DNA of 64,000 bases from Chthoniobacterales bacterium (lineage in GTDB: Bacteria > Verrucomicrobiota > Verrucomicrobiia > Chthoniobacterales > UBA6821). The stretch spans positions 67,104-131,103 of the forward strand of contig JAIEQF010000013.1 in NCBI GenBank assembly GCA_019747895.1. Direction: 5' to 3'. Under the pieces are notes generated by a model. That model ran no database searches. It was not told the DNA's origin and saw only the letters and a program-made list of their open reading frames with translations. The position numbers were made by a program, and so were the translations under genes. Of this stretch, positions 28,469-36,315 are shown in pieces (positions within the stretch are counted from its first letter, which is position 1; every line of letters begins with the position of its first letter).

Positions 28469-29160
28469 TTCCAAATAGACCGCTCTCAAAACTCGCTGAT
28501 GGTGATGAAGCGCAAGGAGGCGACGGCGCACAGCGACTGAGTGTACAAGAGCATACAGCCGGCTGGGAGGCCGCTGGATCAAATGCCGAAGGCAGCCCCA
28601 GAGGGGCGAGCCTCGCGGGAGCGAGCGAGTTGCTCCTCGATGGCGCGAGCGCCGGCGCGACACAGCGCTTCGCATCAGCAGTAGAGTTTGGAAAGCGGTC
28701 TAAAATCAAAGCAATCGTTCTCGATATAGATGGAGTCTTAACTGATGGGACTTTTTGGTGGGATCTTAATGGTGGTGAACAAAAACGTTTTAGTTTTCGT
28801 GATGTGATGGGGATTGTGCGAGCAGGACGAAAGGGAATTTTATTTGCACTCATTTCTGGAGAAGAAAATGTCATGGTCGATCGCCTTGCTGCAAAACTGA
28901 ATATTGATTCTGTTTATCAGGGATGTTCTGACAAAGCCTCAGCTCTTCGCTCTTTTGCAAAAGAAAAAAATCTTTCACTCTCAGAAATTTGTTTTATGGG
29001 AGATGACATCAATGATCTTGACGCGATTGAGATTGCAGGCTATTCCGCAGCTCCTGCAAATGCTCATGAAAGCGTCTTGAGTGCGGTCGATTTTGTTGTA
29101 AGAAAATCGGGAGGCGATGGAGCTGTGAGAGAGTTAATTGATTCTTTAGTTGCGATATGA
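28465..29160 (+). CDS. KdsC-like HAD phosphatase with a 75-aa PE1 insert after residue 4
   Basis: LDIDGVLTDG, ISGE, MGDDINDL, GGDGAVRE; ATGA overlap with the neuB-like stop supports the start. Confidence 0.9.
   Translation: MIPNRPLSKLADGDEAQGGDGAQRLSVQEHTAGWEAAGSNAEGSPRGASLAGASELLLDGASAGATQRFASAVEFGKRSKIKAIVLDIDGVLTDGTFWWDLNGGEQKRFSFRDVMGIVRAGRKGILFALISGEENVMVDRLAAKLNIDSVYQGCSDKASALRSFAKEKNLSLSEICFMGDDINDLDAIEIAGYSAAPANAHESVLSAVDFVVRKSGGDGAVRELIDSLVAI
28476..28702. mobile_element. PE1 copy E, long form (227 bp), in frame
   Basis: Ends tagaccgctctcaaaactc / gagtttggaaagcggtcta; carries an extra ~81-nt central module shared with copy H. Confidence 0.93.
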
Positions 29161-29873
29161 AAAATATCTTGAGCCATAAAAAAGTTTTGATTACTGGAGC
29201 CAATGGCGGCCTCGGAGTTGCTATTGCAAAAGAGCTAGCAACTTTAAAGTGTCATCTTTTTTTGACGGCTCGCAATCGTTCTTCTCTCGAGCAACTAGCA
29301 AGCGATCTTCATGAAATCAGTCCTGAGGTAGAAATATTTTCTGCCGATTTAACAAAAGAAATAGAACTGAAAGAGCTTGAAAAAAAAGTTCGATCAACTT
29401 TTCAATCAATAGACATTCTCATTAATTGTGCCGGAGTTTTTCCGGTAGCCTCTATTTCTGAGTCAACACTTGAAGAGTTTGATGCTTGCTTTGCTCTTAA
29501 TGTGAGAGCGCCATTCTTTTTATCAAAAGCATTTTTGCCTGATATGATGACTCGTCAATGGGGGCGCGTTGTGAATATTGGGTCATCATCTGCTTTCAGT
29601 GGTTTTAAAGACACTTCTATTTATTGTGCCTCGAAACATGCATTGCTGGGCCTCAGCCGGGCGCTCTATCAAGAGATGAGAGATAGCAATGTGAGGGTCA
29701 TCTCTATTAATCCAGGATCGATCAAAACAGAGATGGGAAAGAAAAGTGATGACCAAGAATTTAGTACCTTTCTCAATCCAGAGGATATTGCAAAATACTT
29801 AGCATTTAGTATTGCCATTGATTCTGAATTGATTGCCGAGGAGATTAGACTTAATCGTTTTGTGATTAGGTAA
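29157..29873 (+). CDS. Classical SDR oxidoreductase
   Basis: TGANGGLG, INCAG, YCASK. Confidence 0.9.
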   Translation: MKNILSHKKVLITGANGGLGVAIAKELATLKCHLFLTARNRSSLEQLASDLHEISPEVEIFSADLTKEIELKELEKKVRSTFQSIDILINCAGVFPVASISESTLEEFDACFALNVRAPFFLSKAFLPDMMTRQWGRVVNIGSSSAFSGFKDTSIYCASKHALLGLSRALYQEMRDSNVRVISINPGSIKTEMGKKSDDQEFSTFLNPEDIAKYLAFSIAIDSELIAEEIRLNRFVIR

Positions 29874-29911
29874 AATATTACTCTGCGATCTTGGCTTCAC
29901 TTATTTTCAAT

Positions 29912-31723
29912 ATGAAACTTTCCGATTATGTCATTGATTTTTTAGTTCAGCGGGGAGTTAATCATGTTTTCTTTTTGCCTGGTGGGGCAGCCATGCATCT
30001 CAACGATTCGCTTGGAAAAAGGCGTCAAGAAATTGCCTTTATTCCCATGCTGCATGAACAAGCTGTTTCGATTGCTACAGAGGCCTACGCCAAATCATCT
30101 CAGCAGTTAGGAGTTGCAATGGTCACGAGTGGGCCTGCGGGAACGAATGCTCTTACTGGTGTGGTAGGAGCTTGGCTTGATTCAACAGCATGTATTTTTT
30201 TATCAGGGCAAGTAAAACGAGCAGATCTTAAACAAAATCCCAAACTCCGACAGTTAGGCTCACAAGAAGTCGATATCACGACCATTGTTAGTTCTGTTAC
30301 TAAACACGCTATTACGATTACTGACCCTAAAAGTATACGGTATCATTTAGAAAAAGCTTTTTACCTAGCTCATCATGGAAGACCTGGTCCTGTATGGCTT
30401 GATTTTCCTTTAGACGTGCAAGCACACGAGATTGCTCCAGAGACATTAGAAACATTTGTTCTACCATGTTCGGGAGAAAAGGATCTTCTAATCTTAAAAA
30501 AGAAAGTTCATCAGGTGTTAGAAATGCTTCAAGCTGCGGAGCGACCTATTATTGTCGCAGGAAATGGTATTCGCATTGCCAATGCGATTCCAGAATTTCA
30601 TGAATTAGTCGACCTGGTAGGTGCTCCGGTCCTGACGACATGGCCTGCTATGGATTTGCTCCCTCATGATCATCCTCTCTTTGCTGGCAGGCCCGGTATC
30701 ATTGCGCCTCGAGGAGCTAACTTCACACTTCAGAATAGTGATCTGATGATAGTGATAGGGTCTCGCTTAGATATGTTTTTTACGGGCTATGCTCACCAAA
30801 ATATGGCTCGAGGAGCAAAAAAAGTGATGGTTGATATTGATGAGGAAGAGATCAAGAAAATGCAGACAGAAATACATCTTCCTATCGTTGATGATGCGCG
30901 TTCTTTCATTTTAGAATTTTTAGATCAAATTAAAAAAATGTCCTCTAAGCCTCATGGTCGTTTTGATGCTTGGGTAAAACGAGTGCAGGAATGGAAGAAA
31001 AAATATCCGCTGGTGCAACCAGAGCATCGTCAGGTGAAAGATCGAATAAGTCTTTATTATTTTTCTGAAATTATTTCTCAAGAGCTTCCAGAAGGCGCTC
31101 TGGTTGCGCCTGGAAGTTCCGGAGTTGCTATCGAATTATTTTTACTTAACTTTGCTGTCAAAAAAGGTCAGCGCGTCTTTCATAATCGCGGACTTGGCTC
31201 CATGGGATTTGCATTGCCTTCTGCTATTGGAGCGTGTTTAGCCGCTGGCAACAAAGAAACGATTTGTGTTGATGGCGATGGCGGCTTTCAAATGAATGTC
31301 CAAGAGTTGGCTCTTGTGGCTCAATGGAAGTTGCCCATCAAAATTTTTGTGCTCAACAATGATGGTTATGCCTCGATTCGCACCTCTCAACAAAATTATT
31401 TCAAACAATTAGTCGGAGCAGATAGCAGCAGCGGTCTAGCATTACCCGACTTGCAAAAAATAGCCGCAGCTTATGAAATTCCAGCGGTGCGTTTGGAAAA
31501 TCACGAGAATTTAGCATTGAAGATTCGTTCTGTCTTAGCAACACCAGGACCTGTCATTTGTGAAGTCATGGTGCTTCCTGAAGAAGAGCGAGTGCCCCGT
31601 CTTTCTTCTATGCAGCGTCCTGATGGAAGCATGGTTTCTAAGCCTCTTGAAGATTTGTGGCCGTTCTTGGATCGTCAGGAATTTTTATCTAATATGATAG
31701 TGCCTGCACTGGAGGAGAAGTAA
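29912..31723 (+). CDS. Thiamine-diphosphate-dependent enzyme (acetolactate synthase-like / YerE-like)
   Basis: HEQA, TSGPAGTN, GSMGFALP, DGDGGFQMN...NNDGY ThDP motif. Confidence 0.9.
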   Translation: MKLSDYVIDFLVQRGVNHVFFLPGGAAMHLNDSLGKRRQEIAFIPMLHEQAVSIATEAYAKSSQQLGVAMVTSGPAGTNALTGVVGAWLDSTACIFLSGQVKRADLKQNPKLRQLGSQEVDITTIVSSVTKHAITITDPKSIRYHLEKAFYLAHHGRPGPVWLDFPLDVQAHEIAPETLETFVLPCSGEKDLLILKKKVHQVLEMLQAAERPIIVAGNGIRIANAIPEFHELVDLVGAPVLTTWPAMDLLPHDHPLFAGRPGIIAPRGANFTLQNSDLMIVIGSRLDMFFTGYAHQNMARGAKKVMVDIDEEEIKKMQTEIHLPIVDDARSFILEFLDQIKKMSSKPHGRFDAWVKRVQEWKKKYPLVQPEHRQVKDRISLYYFSEIISQELPEGALVAPGSSGVAIELFLLNFAVKKGQRVFHNRGLGSMGFALPSAIGACLAAGNKETICVDGDGGFQMNVQELALVAQWKLPIKIFVLNNDGYASIRTSQQNYFKQLVGADSSSGLALPDLQKIAAAYEIPAVRLENHENLALKIRSVLATPGPVICEVMVLPEEERVPRLSSMQRPDGSMVSKPLEDLWPFLDRQEFLSNMIVPALEEK

Positions 31724-32559
31724 TGTTGCTTGGTATCATGCAAGGAAGGCTTCTTCCACCAGTAGAAAATCGGATCCAATCTTTTCCAAAAGATCGATGG
31801 GCGGAGGAATTTTCTTTAGCAGCTTTATTAGGGATCCAGACGATTGAATGGATTTATGAAGATTATGGCTCCAAAGAAAATCCTATAGCAACGGATGTTG
31901 GAATTATGCGCCTCAAGGAACTTTCTTCTCAGTACGGAATAAAAGTTCTTTCTCTTTGTGCCGACTATTTTATGGATTATCCGCTCTTGCGTTGCAGTGT
32001 CATCCAGCAACGAGAACGTATTGCCAAATTAGAGTGGCTCCTCGAGAGAGCTCAACAGGCCGCTATCGCTTCCGTTGTTCTGCCTTTTGTTGATCATTCC
32101 AACATCAAAAATGAAGAGGAAATTAAAGAGACCATCTCCTTGCTTCAAGAAGTATTGCCTTTTGCTGAGCGCTATCAGGTAGAGCTTCATTTAGAAACAG
32201 ACTTGGAGCCGCACCTTTTTTCGTCGTTGCTTCATCGCCTTCCTCATCCTCTTTTAAAAGTCAACTATGACTCTGGTAACAGTGCCTCTTTAGGATATTC
32301 CATATCAGAAGAATTCAAAGCTTATGGAGAGCGTATTGGGAGTGTTCATATTAAAGATCGTCTGCGCGGAGGAGGCACAGTTCCATTAGGTCAGGGAGAT
32401 GTTTCTTTTGCTGAGCTTGCAGCCGCTTTGCAACGCATCGATTATCAGCGTCCTCTCATTTTACAAATTGCTCGTGGAGTTTCTGGAAGCGAAGTTGATT
32501 GGGTAAGAGAAAATATAAAAACAGTAAAAACAATTTTCAAAAAAACAGATCATTCATGA
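31723..32559 (+). CDS. Sugar-phosphate isomerase/epimerase (AP-endonuclease-2 TIM barrel)
   Basis: GIMQGRL, LHLETD, NYDSGNS, VHIKDR. Confidence 0.85.
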   Translation: MLLGIMQGRLLPPVENRIQSFPKDRWAEEFSLAALLGIQTIEWIYEDYGSKENPIATDVGIMRLKELSSQYGIKVLSLCADYFMDYPLLRCSVIQQRERIAKLEWLLERAQQAAIASVVLPFVDHSNIKNEEEIKETISLLQEVLPFAERYQVELHLETDLEPHLFSSLLHRLPHPLLKVNYDSGNSASLGYSISEEFKAYGERIGSVHIKDRLRGGGTVPLGQGDVSFAELAAALQRIDYQRPLILQIARGVSGSEVDWVRENIKTVKTIFKKTDHS

Positions 32560-33383
32560 ACCCTCTTTCTTTATTTAGTATAAAAAATAAGATTGCTGTT
32601 ATTACTGGTGGCGCTGGTCTTCTTGGGCGTGAACATGCGCATGCCATAGCGCTTGCTGGTGGAATCCCAGTTATTTTCGATGTGCTCGCTGCTGCTCCTA
32701 TCAAAGTAGCAAAAGCATTAACACAGGAGTGGGGAACTTCTGTTTATGGCTATGAAGTTGATATTACTAACATAGAAGCGATCAAGGAAGTTCAACGGAA
32801 GTTGAGCTCTGAGTTAGGACGTATTGATATTTTAATTAACAATGCTGCTAACAATCCTAAGATGGATGGCGATTCCAAGTCTAACGCGTCGCGATTTGAA
32901 ACATTCTCTTTAGAGGCATGGAATCAAGATTTGGCTGTTGGATTAACAGGTGCTTTTTTATGTTGTCAGGTTTTTGGCGCTGAAATGGCCCATCAAGGTT
33001 CTGGAGTGATTGTTAATATTGCTTCCGATTTAAGTCTAATTTCACCCGATCAACGACTCTATCGAAAGCCCGATCTTCCTGATCAAATGCAACCAGTAAA
33101 GCCAGTGACTTATTCTGTGGTGAAGAGTGGTATCATTGGGCTGACTCGTTATTTGGCAACCTATTGGGCTGATCGCGGTGTTCGTGTGAATGCGCTTTCG
33201 CCAGGCGGTGTTTTTACAGGACAAGATGCAGCCTTCGTCCAACGTCTGACTTCCTTAATTCCATTGGGACGTATGGCTACTCCTACGGAATATCAGGCTG
33301 CCATCATTTTTCTTTGTTCAGAGGCATCGGCATATATGACAGGAAATAATTTAGTGATGGATGGAGGAAGGACATGTTGGTGA
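32556..33383 (+). CDS. SDR oxidoreductase of nonulosonate-type sugar clusters
   Basis: TGGAGLLG, NNAANNP, PVTYSVVKSG, RVNALSPGG. Confidence 0.88.
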   Translation: MNPLSLFSIKNKIAVITGGAGLLGREHAHAIALAGGIPVIFDVLAAAPIKVAKALTQEWGTSVYGYEVDITNIEAIKEVQRKLSSELGRIDILINNAANNPKMDGDSKSNASRFETFSLEAWNQDLAVGLTGAFLCCQVFGAEMAHQGSGVIVNIASDLSLISPDQRLYRKPDLPDQMQPVKPVTYSVVKSGIIGLTRYLATYWADRGVRVNALSPGGVFTGQDAAFVQRLTSLIPLGRMATPTEYQAAIIFLCSEASAYMTGNNLVMDGGRTCW

Positions 33384-33403
33384 TTTTTTAATGAATTCGA
33401 TTT

Positions 33404-34315
33404 TTGATAATAATGAAACACCGTGCAAAGCAGCATGTTTATCTTTTAGGAGCGAGTGGCCGTTTAGGCAACGTGCTCCTGGAGGCTTGGAGTCATCATC
33501 CAGAAATTGAATCCATCATTCCTTTAGGAAGAAAAGAAATTGATTTTACAAATCCTTCCGTGGCTCAAAAAAAATTTTCTTCTTACGAGCTCCATGAGAA
33601 CGATCTTGTGATCAATTGTGTTGCTTTAACGGATGTTGATTATTGCGAACGAGAGTCGTTAGAAGCTACGACCATCAATGCAACCACGCCGGCTCTTTTA
33701 GCAGAAGTTTGTGCCAAGCGACGAGCTCGTTTTCTTCAAGTGAGTACGGATTATGTTTTTGATGGAACATTAGACCAACTTTATCGAGAAACAGATGAAC
33801 CAGCACCTTTAAACCAGTATGGCAGTAGTAAGCTTGCGGGAGAAAAAGGTGTGATGGCATCATCACCAGATCATCTGATTGCCCGCATTTCATGGGTCTT
33901 TGGGCCAGGGTGTCCTAGTCTTGTTGATCAAATAATTCAGGAAGCGATGACTTCGAAAGAAGTTAGTTCTGCTGCTGATAGGATTGCCTCTCCTTCTTTT
34001 ACTCGTGATTTAGTAGAGTGGTTTAAATTTTTTCTCAATCCATCTCTCGAAGGTGGCATCTATCATCTTTGCAATACGGGAGTTTGTTCTTGGCATGAAT
34101 ATGGTACGTATGTTTTAAAAAGAGCCGCGCATTATGGATTACCTGTTTTAACAACAGAAATTACTCCAGTGAATTTATATTCTATGAAGCAGTTTGTGAC
34201 ACGCCGTCCATTAAGGACTCCTCTTGATACTAGCAAGTTTTGCGAGCGGAGCGGTCTTCCTCTTCGCCCATGGCAAGAGGCAGTAGAGGAATATTTATTA
34301 AAATATAAATTATAA
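33404..34315 (+). CDS. dTDP-4-dehydrorhamnose reductase-like (RmlD family)
   Basis: GASGRLG, STDYVFDG, YGSSKLAGE. Confidence 0.85.
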   Translation: MIIMKHRAKQHVYLLGASGRLGNVLLEAWSHHPEIESIIPLGRKEIDFTNPSVAQKKFSSYELHENDLVINCVALTDVDYCERESLEATTINATTPALLAEVCAKRRARFLQVSTDYVFDGTLDQLYRETDEPAPLNQYGSSKLAGEKGVMASSPDHLIARISWVFGPGCPSLVDQIIQEAMTSKEVSSAADRIASPSFTRDLVEWFKFFLNPSLEGGIYHLCNTGVCSWHEYGTYVLKRAAHYGLPVLTTEITPVNLYSMKQFVTRRPLRTPLDTSKFCERSGLPLRPWQEAVEEYLLKYKL

Positions 34316-34383
34316 CTTATTTGAAAAAGGAAACTTTTTTTCAGAATAAACAAATAGAGTCAACGCGACAAAAGGAAACTTTT

Positions 34384-35361
34384 ATGAAAAAAACTAAACA
34401 AATTAAAAGAATCTCAGCGATGCAAAAAGTTAAAAACTGGCTTCTATTGCTGGGGGCAAGTTGTCTTTTAACGCAATGGTCACTGAAACTATATGGTTTG
34501 CTCAAGGGGTATAAGATAGCTTTTAAAAAAGGATCTATCGAGGTGAGGAAAAAAAATCGATGTCTTATTATTAATGAAAAAGACTGCATATTTATGCCAT
34601 TCATCATGCGCGGATTCTTTGATGAAAAATTCAATGAGTTTGATGCAAAGCAAATCAGCAATGAAGAAGTGCTTGATTTTTCAAAACCAGGAATTCATCA
34701 CCTAAAAAATCATGGAATTGATTTTATGTTTGTCGGTATTGCTGATGCTCCTATTGATACTTACATTGATAAATTTCAGCCCACTTCAGGAATGATCGTT
34801 TTTGATGTTGGCGCTCATGTTGGTGCCGTTAGCTATTTTTTTTCAAAGATGGTCGGGGAATATGGTAAAGTCTATGCTTTTGAGCCTGATGACACTAATC
34901 GATATTACTTTGATGTTAATCTCAAAAACAAAAAATTAAATAACGTAACAATTTTAGATACCGCGTTAGGATCTCAATCAGGCAAGGAAATGTTTTTTAT
35001 AGATGGATCCATGAGGTCATCCTTTATTGAAAATGCTACCTACCTTCCCCGTAATGTTGTTAAAAAAGAAGTGCCTGTTCTAACAATTGAAGACTGTTGT
35101 CATCAATTAGGTGTTATTCCAAATTTTATTAAAATGGATATTGAAGGTGCAGAAATTGGTGTTATTAAAAGTTCTTTAGAGTTTCTTAAAAAACATCCTA
35201 TTCATTTTGCAATTGAGAGTAATCACCTGACTCAAGATGGTTTTTTGACCTGTTATGAATTAGAAACACTATTTAGATCTATTGGCTATCTTGTAGAATC
35301 ATCGGATAAGTTTGGAGAAATGTTCACATGGGCAACACCTCCGGATGCAGTTAGAAGCTAG
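34384..35361 (+). CDS. FkbM-family SAM-dependent methyltransferase
   Basis: FDVGAHVG, YAFEPD, IKMDIEGAE; start uncertain (34321/34384/34420). Confidence 0.85.
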   Translation: MKKTKQIKRISAMQKVKNWLLLLGASCLLTQWSLKLYGLLKGYKIAFKKGSIEVRKKNRCLIINEKDCIFMPFIMRGFFDEKFNEFDAKQISNEEVLDFSKPGIHHLKNHGIDFMFVGIADAPIDTYIDKFQPTSGMIVFDVGAHVGAVSYFFSKMVGEYGKVYAFEPDDTNRYYFDVNLKNKKLNNVTILDTALGSQSGKEMFFIDGSMRSSFIENATYLPRNVVKKEVPVLTIEDCCHQLGVIPNFIKMDIEGAEIGVIKSSLEFLKKHPIHFAIESNHLTQDGFLTCYELETLFRSIGYLVESSDKFGEMFTWATPPDAVRS

Positions 35362-35369
35362 TTATTATC

Positions 35370-36305
35370 ATGAACAAAAAACTCATCACCATTGTAACTC
35401 CAACCTTCAATGAGGCAGGGAATGTTGAAGAGCTTTATCAACAGGTGAGGGGGATATTTCAAAATCTGCCTCAATACGATTACGAGCATCTCTTCATTGA
35501 TAATGCTTCTACGGATGAAACAGTTGATCGATTAAAAAAAATTATCCTCACAGATCCAAAAGTTAAGCTCATCATTAATCAACGTAATTTTGGACATGCA
35601 CGTTCTCCTCTATATGCGTGTTATCAGGCCAAAGGGGATGCTATTATTTCTCTAGCTTGCGATTTACAAGATCCGCCATCATTGATTCCTGTGTTTATAA
35701 AAAAATGGGAAGAAGGATCTCTTGTTGTGCTGGGACAGAAAATCAACAGCGAGGAATCGGCAGTGATGTTTGCTTTGCGAAGTATTTATTATTCAGTTGT
35801 GAATAAATTGTCAGATACAGAGCTCTTGCAGCATGTGACTGGTTTTGGTCTCTATGACCGAACGGTTATGGATCAGATAAAATCTTTGGATGATCCTTAT
35901 CCGTATGGGCGTGGTTTAATTGCTGAGCTTGGCTATCCTGTTGTTAGGATTCCTTACACACAACCGCAGAGGAAAAGAGGAATCTCAAAAAATAATTTCT
36001 ATACACTTTATGACTACGCCATGCTTGGCATTACGAGTCATTCTAAAGTTCCTTTGCGTCTTGCAACGATGCTTGGTTTTCTTTTCTCTTTTTTGAGCAT
36101 CATTATTGCGTTTGGATATTTGATTTATAAATTTCTTTTTTGGAGTTCCATTCCAATGGGGATTGCGCCGATTGTTATTGGATTATTTTTATTTTCCTCA
36201 GTGCAACTTTTTTTCATTGGAATTCTTGGGGAATACATTGGAGCCATTCATACACAAGTTTTACATCGACCTTTAGTGGTTGAAAAAGAACGCGTCAATT
36301 TTTAG
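35370..36305 (+). CDS. GtrB-like GT2 (bactoprenol glycosyltransferase)
   Basis: VTPTFNE, IDNASTD, RNFGH, DLQDPP, two C-terminal TM helices, GILGEYIG. Confidence 0.88.
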   Translation: MNKKLITIVTPTFNEAGNVEELYQQVRGIFQNLPQYDYEHLFIDNASTDETVDRLKKIILTDPKVKLIINQRNFGHARSPLYACYQAKGDAIISLACDLQDPPSLIPVFIKKWEEGSLVVLGQKINSEESAVMFALRSIYYSVVNKLSDTELLQHVTGFGLYDRTVMDQIKSLDDPYPYGRGLIAELGYPVVRIPYTQPQRKRGISKNNFYTLYDYAMLGITSHSKVPLRLATMLGFLFSFLSIIIAFGYLIYKFLFWSSIPMGIAPIVIGLFLFSSVQLFFIGILGEYIGAIHTQVLHRPLVVEKERVNF

Positions 36306-36315
36306 TTAATCCATT

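Noticed and set aside
28431-28874. Antisense ORFs over PE1 copies (also 1889-2071 and 49817-50080)
   Set aside because: They arise because PE1 is open in several frames; they overlap confident genes and lack independent support.
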